Shown here in pieces: positions 38,747-48,276 of a DNA stretch of 64,000 bases. Every line of letters starts with the position of its first letter. Within the stretch, counting starts at the first letter, position 1. Below the pieces are notes generated by a model. That model was given only the letters and a program-made list of their open reading frames with translations. It did not search any database and was not told the origin of the DNA. The position numbers were made by a program, and so were the translations under genes. The DNA lies in IMG/VR virus record IMGVR_UViG_3300047160_024814, positions 1 through 64,000 of that record. One strand, given 5' to 3'. The stretch is from a virus. Taxonomy: Duplodnaviria; Caudoviricetes.

Positions 38747-39229
38747 CTATGGGATCGGTACCGGATCACCGACGACGTTGATCACGCCCGCGACCGCTTC
38801 GCCGGCAACCAATGTGAGATCGAGCGTGGTGATCAGATTTTGTACGCCCGCACCCATATCGACGTCGGCTGTTGCCGTGACCTGTGCCGAACCGACCTTG
38901 CCGACCGGAGTGATGGCACATTTTGTGCTGTCGGTGTCGTCAACCGCGACAGTCGCCATGGTATCGTCGGAGCTGGCCCACACAACGGCACCGTCGACGG
39001 CTGCGGGGTTGCCATGGGCGTCGACATAAGCGACCTGAACGTTGATCATGTGATCGACCGGAAGCGTGTACGCCATGTGCTTTCCTTTCGCAATGACAGA
39101 GAACCCGTCGTATCGAGCCGTGACGATCACCTGCCCTAACGGCGGGGGAGACAGATAGAGGGTAAGCGATCCGCCGATTTGCAGCGAGATCATATTGTCT
39201 ATGACAGTCGGTCGGAGTGTGAGGGCCAC
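38747..39229 (-). CDS. hypothetical protein with Ig-like C-terminal part
   Basis: Beta-rich YVDAHGNPA..VVWASSD..VTATAD. Confidence 0.55.
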   Translation of the reverse strand: MALTLRPTVIDNMISLQIGGSLTLYLSPPPLGQVIVTARYDGFSVIAKGKHMAYTLPVDHMINVQVAYVDAHGNPAAVDGAVVWASSDDTMATVAVDDTDSTKCAITPVGKVGSAQVTATADVDMGAGVQNLITTLDLTLVAGEAVAGVINVVGDPVPIP

Positions 39230-39241
39230 GCGGTGACCTCC

Positions 39242-39502
39242 CTATCTCACTACCGTTAGAATCTGCTGACGTATGTTCTCACAGGTCTCCGCCGCGCCAA
39301 CTAAGTTGCCGTTGGTCATGAATATTACGCAGTTCACGCCTTTAGCCACATGATGCCTATTGACGGCCAGCGGCTCGCGTAAACTGGTGATCTCGTGGAT
39401 ATTGACATAGATACTCTGCCCTGTCGGGCCATGCACCACAACAAGGTATAGCTCCGCCACGGTCAACAATGTCCAAAAACTGGCCAGCACCAGGTTAACC
39501 AA
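39242..39502 (-). CDS. hypothetical protein
   Basis: 86-aa ORF in the operon. Confidence 0.5.
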   Translation of the reverse strand: MVNLVLASFWTLLTVAELYLVVVHGPTGQSIYVNIHEITSLREPLAVNRHHVAKGVNCVIFMTNGNLVGAAETCENIRQQILTVVR

Positions 39503-39521
39503 GCAAGCCCCCTCATGTCAT

Positions 39522-39752
39522 TTAGGGCCGCAGGAGATGCTGGAACTCAGGTGCGACGGTCGGATCTTCGGCCTTCTTCTCGGCATGTTCATGCCGTTGC
39601 CATTTCTTGTTGCGCTTGTCGGTCTCGACGAATTCTTCCGCCTGTTCCTTGGAGGGGCCTCCGCCACCCCGCGGCTTCATGCCGTGGGCGATGCCCTGCA
39701 TGTAGCGATGTTGAGCAGCGCTACTAGACGGCTTGCTGATCTCCTGTGGCAT
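39522..39752 (-). CDS. hypothetical protein
   Basis: 76-aa ORF, SSSAAQHRYM. Confidence 0.5.
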   Translation of the reverse strand: MPQEISKPSSSAAQHRYMQGIAHGMKPRGGGGPSKEQAEEFVETDKRNKKWQRHEHAEKKAEDPTVAPEFQHLLRP

Positions 39753-40356
39753 TGCTCAGTCTCCGGAATATGCTGACTATCCTAAATCTATGATTGGTCG
39801 ACCTCACTACACCAATCGAAGCTTCCAAACTGAAATAGTGCTTGTTCCACATCGGCAGCATGGTATCCAACCAGACAATATGTGCCCCTGGCTTCAATCG
39901 CTTTAATGTCTGCATAGTCGTATTGCGGTTGATCATCGGTGTGCCGTAGTGGTTGGCGTCCTCGTTACTATAGGGCGGGTCTGCCAATACCAGATCATAG
40001 TACTCGACTGGCACGGTCTTCAACGTTTGACCATCCTCCAGCCAGTCAGGATTGAGCGCGGGATTGATGTCGACGGTGTGACCAGGGAAGGCGGTGACGT
40101 CCACCTTGCCGGCGAACAGGTGCAGCACCCGCTGCTTGTCTGGGAACAGGGTGCGGACCCGGCGCAGGTAGTTGGGCGGGTATTCGCCATGGTAGCCTTG
40201 CTTGGCTTGATAGTTCTGGCCCAGCAGCCATGTGCCGACCGCCCGGCCATCGCCGGCAATGAAGAGAGACGCCGGAAAGCCACTCTCCCGATTGTAGTTA
40301 TCGATCCGGTCCTGCCAGGACAGGCCTTTGATGGTGTCAAACATCGGTCGCTCCAT
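39724..40356 (-). CDS. putative amino-methyltransferase (DPPY type)
   Basis: VLHLFAG, VDIN, DLVLADPPYS. Confidence 0.7.
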   Translation of the reverse strand: MERPMFDTIKGLSWQDRIDNYNRESGFPASLFIAGDGRAVGTWLLGQNYQAKQGYHGEYPPNYLRRVRTLFPDKQRVLHLFAGKVDVTAFPGHTVDINPALNPDWLEDGQTLKTVPVEYYDLVLADPPYSNEDANHYGTPMINRNTTMQTLKRLKPGAHIVWLDTMLPMWNKHYFSLEASIGVVRSTNHRFRIVSIFRRLSNATGDQQAV

Positions 40357-42907
40357 CGGCGTCCAATTCGGTTTGGGTTTTCAGGCGGATGCCTTTGACC
40401 GCGGGCTCCGCCGTGGCGCCGATTTTCTTTCGTAGTGTCCCGCCTTTATCATTCTTTAATGAACATCCCATCCGCTGCAATGATTTCTTGAATCGGCCTT
40501 CATCGAACCCCCCGCCAACCATGTTGATACTGCCCGGCATTTCCTGTTTCATCCAGGCTTTGAAATCGTTGATAAGGATATCCATCAACGTGATCTCTTC
40601 GGTAGCTTCCTGACCATGCACCGTGCGCGCCAGCATCCAGGCGAACAGCGTGTCATGTTCGGACAGAACGTCGCGGGCTTCCACCAGCATGACGTGTGGC
40701 ACCTCTGGCAGCTTCATGCGCTTGCTAATATCCCAATTGTCAGGTTTCACCACGTGCCGGGCGTACTGCATCATGCGGCCAAGGATCGCGCCCGACTCCT
40801 GGAACACGATCTTGTCTTCCAGCCCAGGGTCGGGATTGCGCGGCATCCGGGTCGTGCCGATGAGGCGAAAACGCCGCTGGATGGCAGGCGTGGCCCGGCC
40901 GAAGGCCGGCAGTTCATTGCAGACCACCAGCAACCCCGCCTCACACTTGAATGTCGTGGCGTCCTCCCGCATACCACGCGCCGAGATCATGTCGCCACCC
41001 GTGATCTGTTTCAGGATACCTTCCTCCCAGCGGTCCTTCTCGCGCATTTCCGTGACAATTGCCAGTCGTTTCGCCCGTAACTGGTTGCGGTTGGTGTCAT
41101 GCAGCCGGAAGCCTTCCTCCAACAACACCCGCCGGTCGAGCGACACGGCGTAATCACCGAAAACCCGCTGCAGCACATTGACCAGTGTCGTCTTGCCATT
41201 ACCACCCGGCCCCCAGATCACCACGAAGGCATCTTCTGTCGGGTCGCCCAGCAGGCAGTAGCCGAACCAATGCCACATCCACTCGACGACCTCCCGGTTG
41301 CCGTTGGCCAGACCCTCCAGCAGATTGTCAAACAAGGGTGTGGCCAGGATGCCGAAGTTTGGCTCAGCTCCGGTTTTGCGCACGTCGTACAGGCGCTTGG
41401 TATCACCAAGACTGGCCTTGCCGAGACTGTCGAGACTCCATGTCGCACCGGGGGTGCGGATGAAATGGCCAATCGGTTTTTTCAGATTGCGTAATGTCAA
41501 TCGTGGTGTGATCATCCGCAATACAGCGTCATACCGGGCGGTTGAAAGCAGACCTGTTTTGTCGACATCTGTCCAGTTCGTGCCGAACCGGTTGACATAG
41601 CGATGCATCAGGTAATCAAGTTCGAGTTTCACTGTGGCATGGTTGTCGGTATCCAGTTCCCAGCCATTCTCCCAGCATAGCCAGCGATCGATATCGGAAT
41701 CATAGGCATAAGTCTGTTGCATGCCGCCGTTGTCCTCAAACCCGACATCAATCAGATATTTGGCTATGGCAGCGTCTGACTTTTCGGTACCAGGGATGTG
41801 CGGTGTGAGAACCTTGGGCGATGCTGGATGAATGATATCCTCTGGCGCGATCGGGTCCGCAGGCCCCGGCTCGTCAGCCTCCGGTTCAGGCTCATCGGCG
41901 TCGAATACTTCACAGGTCGGTGGGATGCCTTCGCCGGCCACTGACCATAACCGGCGGCATTGCCGATAATCCCGATAGCCATCGAAGCCGTCGACATGAC
42001 CGGGGATCTTGCCTTTCTCTTCCAGCCATGGCGCCGTAACCGGGCAAGAGGCCAGCAAAGCGATGGTCTCGGAGATCGAACAACCGAATCCTTTGGCGAG
42101 TTTGATGATAGTCAATGCGTACATTGACCGATCGATCAGAGTGGGGTTGCGTTCGCGCATCTTCGGTGGTGTCGGTGGTTCGCCCTTGAGATAGGCGAAG
42201 AGTGGACTGGTCGGGTGGTACTGAGTCAACTGATCGATGAGGCTCTTTGTATCAACCCGCAGATCGACGGCGCCGGCATCGACCATATCGCGAATACGTT
42301 CGCTAGGGCGTGGACCGAGTTCGGTGAGGATCTGTTCCAGTTCGTCCCAGGGGACGATGCGCAACTCCTGCCGGTCCTCGAACATGTTGCAGGTGACTGT
42401 GAAGAATCGCTTGCCGGCGTAGACCTCGACCTTGCTGCCGTCCGGTTGTTTCCAGAATGTACCCCAACGGTCGCGCAGCCAGAGCAAAAAACTTGTATGG
42501 TCACTGGTTGTCAGACGGAACAGCAAATGATAGCCGGCGCCTGATGGCGTAATCTCGGTATATGTATCGGCCTTACGAATGAGACTTAATGCCTGGGGTG
42601 TCGTCTGGCCTTGTCGCCGTGCGTTATCGAGATCAAAACCCGCGAGATGAGTGCCATCCCCAAGATCCGTGAAAACCAGGCCAAGACGATAATAGGTTGT
42701 GTCAAATCCCTGCAATTGCGGGATGGTTGTCCACGTGCCTGGATCAGTGGCTGAAGCCAGGCTGCCGTCCCGCATGCAAGGCACTTTGGTGTACTTGGGC
42801 TTACCGTCTTGGCCGATGCCGGTTTGTTTGGTAAACCAGAGAAGCCATATCGGCTTTTCCCGGAGTTCAATCAGCCGTACAGAATCCCCAAGGACAGTGC
42901 TCATCAT
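40337..42907 (-). CDS. primase-polymerase / D5-like SF3 helicase fusion
   Basis: N-terminal AEP motifs GFDLD and YTEITPSGAGYH; C-terminal Walker A GPGGNGKTT, LAIVTE, LKQITGGD, CNELP. Confidence 0.9.
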   Translation of the reverse strand: MMSTVLGDSVRLIELREKPIWLLWFTKQTGIGQDGKPKYTKVPCMRDGSLASATDPGTWTTIPQLQGFDTTYYRLGLVFTDLGDGTHLAGFDLDNARRQGQTTPQALSLIRKADTYTEITPSGAGYHLLFRLTTSDHTSFLLWLRDRWGTFWKQPDGSKVEVYAGKRFFTVTCNMFEDRQELRIVPWDELEQILTELGPRPSERIRDMVDAGAVDLRVDTKSLIDQLTQYHPTSPLFAYLKGEPPTPPKMRERNPTLIDRSMYALTIIKLAKGFGCSISETIALLASCPVTAPWLEEKGKIPGHVDGFDGYRDYRQCRRLWSVAGEGIPPTCEVFDADEPEPEADEPGPADPIAPEDIIHPASPKVLTPHIPGTEKSDAAIAKYLIDVGFEDNGGMQQTYAYDSDIDRWLCWENGWELDTDNHATVKLELDYLMHRYVNRFGTNWTDVDKTGLLSTARYDAVLRMITPRLTLRNLKKPIGHFIRTPGATWSLDSLGKASLGDTKRLYDVRKTGAEPNFGILATPLFDNLLEGLANGNREVVEWMWHWFGYCLLGDPTEDAFVVIWGPGGNGKTTLVNVLQRVFGDYAVSLDRRVLLEEGFRLHDTNRNQLRAKRLAIVTEMREKDRWEEGILKQITGGDMISARGMREDATTFKCEAGLLVVCNELPAFGRATPAIQRRFRLIGTTRMPRNPDPGLEDKIVFQESGAILGRMMQYARHVVKPDNWDISKRMKLPEVPHVMLVEARDVLSEHDTLFAWMLARTVHGQEATEEITLMDILINDFKAWMKQEMPGSINMVGGGFDEGRFKKSLQRMGCSLKNDKGGTLRKKIGATAEPAVKGIRLKTQTELDADGATDV

Positions 42908-45399
42908 CAGTCCTTCAGATAACGTTCGTTGGCAGAAGCCTCGACTGCGACCGGCAGTCCATAAGCCCAGTCAGGTAAATTCGTCATGACAGACCGAATT
43001 TCAGCAGCCGCAAGTTCGATTGTCGGGAAACGGGATTGCAGTACTTGGCAGACTATTTCATCATGCACCGTAAGGCAGGGCGCATCGCCACGATTTTCCA
43101 GATTGATCATGGCAAAAGCCATGATGTCGCGAGCTAAAGCTTGGACACAATTTGATACCAGGATAGGTATACCCTGAGAGTTTCTGATAGTGAATCGATG
43201 ATGAGGACCCGTGTTTATTAAATCATAGACCAAGGTCTTCGAAACAGTGTCTTCTTTGGCCAACCACGGGAGAGACGGTAATGTAGAGCACGCGAGTGGT
43301 GACCGAACCCGAGAAAACTTACAGCTGTCAACATATTCTTTCGGCAATTGGTATGATCGACGAAACGCTTCCGATGCAGCGGCAAAGGTCGTGGTTGAAC
43401 AGGAAGCCATTCCGCCAGAAGTAAGGACCTTATGGTCCGGTGTGATTTTAATTCCGTCAAATTCGATGACACCCTGAACTCCCTTATTAATGAGACCCTC
43501 GTGACGCACCCATTCAAGACCATCCCACACTTTGTCGGTGAGCAGAACGTCATTGAGTAACTTCCAGCCATTATCAGTCAGTACTTCAGTATCTCCGGCC
43601 AGACAGTTCTCAACCAGCAGGCCTCTCCAGATCTGCCGGCGCATTTGTTCGACATCGAACGCACCATAAAATTCAGGATGTTTCAGGTAGGTGATCGCGT
43701 CACCTTCCTCACCCCATGGCATCATCTTTCGTTCAATCCGGGGGTACCAATAAGTGATGCAGTTGTCGGATGGTAACAACATCTGCAGCACATTCTCGTT
43801 GCGCACAAAACTGATCCGGTATTCGGTGCCAAACACCGGACCCGGTGGCGCCCGCATGCATTCAAAAGCCGTCCGTAATAAGGTCGCGCCGAATTCAACA
43901 ATTGGTGCATTGGCCTGCCGCCAGCGATCGACAATGTCTTTTTTCTCGCCCGGCACCTTTACTCCGAAGATGCGTTCGGCAGTCAGTAGTGCTCCCTCGC
44001 CACCCAAAAAACCGAAAGCCAGTTCGAGGGCTTTGCCTGTTTGCCGGCCTTCCTTGGAGACGTCGTGGTAATCGATTCCCATGACATCGGCGAAGTTGAC
44101 GATATAGACATCAGGCCCCTCACCCCGGTCATACGCCCGGAACATATCCAGCCGGCGAACGTGTTTTGCCAGCCATGCCGTGATCCGTGCCTCGATCTGT
44201 GAATAGTCACCGCGCGCCAGCCAGCAGCCGGTGTCTGCCATGAACATCGGCCGGATCAATTCACTCATCACCACGAGCGGTGGTCCGAAAGCTTTGGCCA
44301 AGGTCTCAGGAGTTATCAGTCCTGTTAGAATTGCAGTGATGATCCGCATGGCATTCTTAACGATGCGGCTGCGTGGCAGGTTCTGCAGTTGCGCGCCACG
44401 GGAGGAAAACCGGCCTGTGGATGGAGCTCCGCGATAGACGATCGCGCCACGCAGATAATCGTCACAATTCAATCGGTTGTGAATGGCACTCAGCTTGGCA
44501 ACCGACGACTTGCCGCCGTCGCGCCGCAAGACCAGCATCTCACGAATGATCGGATTGGTTTCTGGATCATCGATCGCCTCAGTGACAATGTGTTTGCCGA
44601 GACTGTCGAGGTCGATCTGAAAATCTTCCTTGATCCACCTGCGGATGGCATGCGGGTTAGATACCTTGCCAACCTTGAAATTGGACAAGACGTTGACGCG
44701 TTTATTCAAGTCCTGTGTTACATCGGTGGCAAAACCGGCCATCCGGTTGAGCAAATCCTTATCGACTTTGATACCACGGCCGTTGATTCGGGACGTGACA
44801 GCGGCGATTTGGGCCTCAAAGGGTGTAAGTTCCGGCAATGCCCGGTCGGCGTCGCGTTCGGCCTCCACATCGGCAATACAGTAAGCAATCAGTTTTGTCA
44901 TGCTCGCCGGGTCTTCAACCCAGACCGGTCGGCCACCCGGATCATAGCCGCGGGGCTGGCACATCGTCAGCATGACTTCCTTGCCTTCGGTGTCCTTCTT
45001 GTGGATCAGCCGGAGGGCAACCGCGACTTTCTCCAGGGCTCGCGGCAGGCCGACCTGGGCTGCACGGTTGGCGGTGCATGACCAGCGTTCCGACTTCGCT
45101 AGTTCGGTCCAGGTCTCGACGTCCAGGATCTGCTGCCGCCAGCCGACGACCGCCAGCATGGTGTGTTCGAATTCTGCGTTGTGCGCGATGAATACCGAAC
45201 GGGGATCGAGGATGGCCATGCGCAAGTCAGCCGGCAGTTTCTCGCCAGCTAATGTATGCCATGTATGAATCGGACCTTCGTCGATACACCAACAGACGAC
45301 GATGATCTGCGTCCACGGGTCTTCGACATACTTGTACACGCCGTACGCGTTGAGATTGACTGTGCTACGGCTTTCGATATCGATATGAACCCGGAGCAT
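42907..45399 (-). CDS. polA: DNA polymerase family A (phage type) with intein
   Basis: Exonuclease HIDIES and AHNAEFE; motif A DYSQIEAR; motif B RQTGKALEL; motif C LTVHDEIV. Confidence 0.93.
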   Translation of the reverse strand: MLRVHIDIESRSTVNLNAYGVYKYVEDPWTQIIVVCWCIDEGPIHTWHTLAGEKLPADLRMAILDPRSVFIAHNAEFEHTMLAVVGWRQQILDVETWTELAKSERWSCTANRAAQVGLPRALEKVAVALRLIHKKDTEGKEVMLTMCQPRGYDPGGRPVWVEDPASMTKLIAYCIADVEAERDADRALPELTPFEAQIAAVTSRINGRGIKVDKDLLNRMAGFATDVTQDLNKRVNVLSNFKVGKVSNPHAIRRWIKEDFQIDLDSLGKHIVTEAIDDPETNPIIREMLVLRRDGGKSSVAKLSAIHNRLNCDDYLRGAIVYRGAPSTGRFSSRGAQLQNLPRSRIVKNAMRIITAILTGLITPETLAKAFGPPLVVMSELIRPMFMADTGCWLARGDYSQIEARITAWLAKHVRRLDMFRAYDRGEGPDVYIVNFADVMGIDYHDVSKEGRQTGKALELAFGFLGGEGALLTAERIFGVKVPGEKKDIVDRWRQANAPIVEFGATLLRTAFECMRAPPGPVFGTEYRISFVRNENVLQMLLPSDNCITYWYPRIERKMMPWGEEGDAITYLKHPEFYGAFDVEQMRRQIWRGLLVENCLAGDTEVLTDNGWKLLNDVLLTDKVWDGLEWVRHEGLINKGVQGVIEFDGIKITPDHKVLTSGGMASCSTTTFAAASEAFRRSYQLPKEYVDSCKFSRVRSPLACSTLPSLPWLAKEDTVSKTLVYDLINTGPHHRFTIRNSQGIPILVSNCVQALARDIMAFAMINLENRGDAPCLTVHDEIVCQVLQSRFPTIELAAAEIRSVMTNLPDWAYGLPVAVEASANERYLKD
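43150..43605 (-). mobile_element. mini-intein (152 aa), no recognisable homing endonuclease
   Basis: VEN|CLAGDTEVLT..TPDHKVLT..VYDL..ILVSN|CVQALARD; block A, B, F and G motifs, +1 Cys. Confidence 0.92.
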
Positions 45400-45563
45400 C
45401 AGGTTTGCAGCAGGTAGTCACGTTTCTCGGCTTGACGCCTAGATATGGTGTGTTTCATTGTGGTTGCTCGCCGTCTGGGGTTACGGACGTGTCGGACCTG
45501 CCAGTCTGCGCCGGCTGATCCTGGGAAGGCAAGTGATGAATCGCATATTGCTCATTGACACCA

Positions 45564-45592
45564 TTGACACATCATGTGTCAAGTGCTATGTT
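45564..45592 (+). promoter_or_regulatory. divergent promoter region with palindrome TTGACACA-tca-TGTGTCAA
   Basis: TTGACA-N17-TATGTT on the plus strand; the palindrome also supplies TTGACA on the minus strand. Confidence 0.65.
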
Positions 45593-45611
45593 CTCACCTA
45601 TGCAGGACGCG

Positions 45612-46139
45612 ATGGCTGACATCATCATCGGCGTGGACCCCGGCGTGCATGGTGCGCTCGCATGGTTCCTCGATCGCGAATTGTTCTATGTGCAGAATCT
45701 GCCGAAGATCGATGAATCGAAGCCGACCAAAGGCGCTGCGCTGCGCGACATCATCGGCGGCGCGAAGGTCAAACGGTCGTTCAAGTCCGACACCGATGGG
45801 CTGGTGAAGACGTTCAGGGCGATCGTGCGCGGCCGACCAGCCACCATGATCCTCGAACGCGTGCACACATTCCCTGGCCAGGGCGCGGTCTCGACCGGCA
45901 AGCTGATCAAGTCGTTCGGCGATATCTGCGGTGCTGCCAGCATGTGTGGTATCCAAATACTGCCAGTCGACCCGACCGAATGGAAACGTCGAATTGGTGC
46001 AAACAGTGACAAGCGCCATTCTTTGCAAATGGCTAAAAGATTGTTTCCGCTTTTCGCTCATGAATTTGAAAAACAACTTGACCATAATAAAGCAGAAGCC
46101 GCGCTGATCGGCTATTATGGGGTCAAATGGATACCCTGA
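45612..46139 (+). CDS. RuvC-like Holliday junction resolvase
   Basis: IIGVDPG, MILERV, STGKLIKSFG, DPTEWK, KAEAALIG. Confidence 0.85.
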   Translation: MADIIIGVDPGVHGALAWFLDRELFYVQNLPKIDESKPTKGAALRDIIGGAKVKRSFKSDTDGLVKTFRAIVRGRPATMILERVHTFPGQGAVSTGKLIKSFGDICGAASMCGIQILPVDPTEWKRRIGANSDKRHSLQMAKRLFPLFAHEFEKQLDHNKAEAALIGYYGVKWIP

Positions 46140-47545
46140 ACCCCTACCCCTTCCAGGAAGAAGGCATCCGGTGGCTTTGCACGGGGCGCCCGAACGCCGG
46201 GCGGCATAATCTACATGGAATCTTAGCCGATGAGATGGGTCTCGGGAAAACAGTACAAGCCATCCGTGCTGCCGACCAGTTGGAGGCCCGCAAGATCTTG
46301 ATATTGTGTCAGGGTATCGCCCGTGACACCTGGAAACGCGAGATCGAACAATGGCAGCTTTATGACCGGGAGGTCTCGATCATTCGCGGCAGTGAGAAGC
46401 CCCGCCTCACCGATGTGACGATTTGTGCCTACCAGACGCTCCGCTCACTCGATGTGCTGACCGAAATCGGAGTGAAGCACAGTTGGGACATCCTCATCTG
46501 TGATGAGGCCCAGGCGATGAAAGAGCCCAAATCGTTGACCACCCAAGTGGTCTATGGAGCGAACTTCTTCATGGAGCGCAGCGTCGGTTCGCGTGCCGAA
46601 GTGGTCTGGCTATTGACCGGCACGCCGCTTTTGAACAATCCGAAAGAAATCTGGACCCATGGCATGGCCTGCTTTCCGAGCGCCGTGCGGGACTTCGAAA
46701 ATTTCAACATGTGGCAGAACCATTTTTGTGTCTGGAAACAGACCGAACACGCGAAAAAAGTACTGGCCGCACGCAACGAAGCCGAATTGTGGGAACGGTT
46801 TTATCCCTACATTCTAAGACGTACCCAGGCGCAGGAATTGCCGGGCCTGCCCGAGCTGCGCTGGGGCCACGTCAATGTCCGGCCCGACATGGTTCCGCGC
46901 CTGCCACCTGAACTTGTCGAAGCCCAAATGGTGCTCAACGCCTGTCTTGCCCGGCTAAAAAATGATCCCTCACCAGACGAAGTGCAGGTGATCCTCTCGG
47001 CTCAAACCCTGCATCTGGCGTCGCTATTGCGGTGGACTGGTGTGGTGAAGGCCCGAGCGGTGGCCGAATCGGTGATGGAGGATTTCTCGTCCGGCGTGAA
47101 GAAAATGGTGCTGTTCGCCCGGCATACCGAGGTGTTCGAGACTTTACAAAAAGAGATACCAGGGAGTGTTGTTATTTCCGGCGATACTCCACAAAACAGG
47201 ACACGACAATTTCCCGAGGGGAAACGCCAATATCTAATTGACGCATTCATGGGTCGTGTGCCAGGATTCGAACCACGATGCCTTATTCTCTCGATCGACA
47301 TTGCTGCCACGTCATTGACTCTAACAGCTGCCCATCATGTAGGCATTATCGAATCCGGCTGGGTGCCGGCGATCATGCAACAGGCGGTAAAACGGCTGCA
47401 TCGGATTGGTCAGACTGAAAAAGTGCTGGCACGGATCTATTCTCTGGCGGGCAGCATTGACGAAGCAGTGAATGAGGTTATCTTGAGAAAGTACCTGATG
47501 ACATCACGTATCCATAAATCCTTCGAAAGGACAAAAGTTGCATGA
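46127..47545 (+). CDS. SNF2-family helicase/ATPase
   Basis: LADEMGLGKT, ICDEAQ, LTGTPLLN, QAVKRLHRIGQ. Confidence 0.92.
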   Translation: MDTLNPYPFQEEGIRWLCTGRPNAGRHNLHGILADEMGLGKTVQAIRAADQLEARKILILCQGIARDTWKREIEQWQLYDREVSIIRGSEKPRLTDVTICAYQTLRSLDVLTEIGVKHSWDILICDEAQAMKEPKSLTTQVVYGANFFMERSVGSRAEVVWLLTGTPLLNNPKEIWTHGMACFPSAVRDFENFNMWQNHFCVWKQTEHAKKVLAARNEAELWERFYPYILRRTQAQELPGLPELRWGHVNVRPDMVPRLPPELVEAQMVLNACLARLKNDPSPDEVQVILSAQTLHLASLLRWTGVVKARAVAESVMEDFSSGVKKMVLFARHTEVFETLQKEIPGSVVISGDTPQNRTRQFPEGKRQYLIDAFMGRVPGFEPRCLILSIDIAATSLTLTAAHHVGIIESGWVPAIMQQAVKRLHRIGQTEKVLARIYSLAGSIDEAVNEVILRKYLMTSRIHKSFERTKVA

Positions 47546-48276
47546 GAATAGAACTTGACGAAACCGACCTCGCCTCCATCACTGCCATCCGAGCCGCCCA
47601 GCACGCTTTGGACGCCTTGGAGGATTTCTATGGTCAATTGGCTGCGGAGGGTAACGCACCGGTCCGCACCCGGCGTCCCCGATCGGCCCGAATCAACGGA
47701 GCCACCGAGCCCGAGTCCGAGCCCGCCGACGCCGAATCAGGGGAAACCGTAGAATACGAATTCACCAAGGAGCAGATGGACAACGCCGGGAAGTTTAATC
47801 CGCGGATCATCGAGCTGCGCCGTGGCAAGGGCCAGAAATCCTCACTAATCAAGCGCGAAGTCAATGGACTCGTGCGACAGGTGTTGGCGGAACAGCGCGG
47901 CACATCACTTCCGGCCCCGGTTGGTGAGGCCCCGCCTCTTGATCCGGCGCCCATTACGGCATCCACGGCGGCACCTCCAGCGTCAACAGCGCCTGTTGCG
48001 CCCCCACCGCCTGCCGGAGCCTTGCCGCCAGGTCTGCAATCCTTGATAGACGGCGCCAGCAAACCACCGCCCCCGGTCACTACAACGGCTTCAAGCCTGA
48101 CGGAGAATGAGCTGCGCGACTGGGTCGAACAGTACGCCTTGGCCATGCCACAGCCCCATGGCCATCATTGGTGGCAGAACGTGATCAAAAAGAGTGGCAC
48201 CGACTGGGGCAGCATCCCGGTCGACTTTCTGGCGCAAGTGCATGCCAATCCGGATGCATTCAAACCGGCTGTATGA
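47542..48276 (+). CDS. hypothetical Pro/Ala-rich protein
   Basis: ATGA overlaps at both ends. Confidence 0.6.
   Translation: MRIELDETDLASITAIRAAQHALDALEDFYGQLAAEGNAPVRTRRPRSARINGATEPESEPADAESGETVEYEFTKEQMDNAGKFNPRIIELRRGKGQKSSLIKREVNGLVRQVLAEQRGTSLPAPVGEAPPLDPAPITASTAAPPASTAPVAPPPPAGALPPGLQSLIDGASKPPPPVTTTASSLTENELRDWVEQYALAMPQPHGHHWWQNVIKKSGTDWGSIPVDFLAQVHANPDAFKPAV

Noticed and set aside
45598-45615. Possible self-target of the first upstream guide (CTATGCAGGACGCGATGG versus predicted GGATGCAGGACGTCATGG)
   Set aside because: A 14/18 match is expected by chance at roughly 0.5 per guide in a 64-kb double-stranded window (equal-base estimate). A partial by-eye scan found no full self-target; a proper search is still needed.
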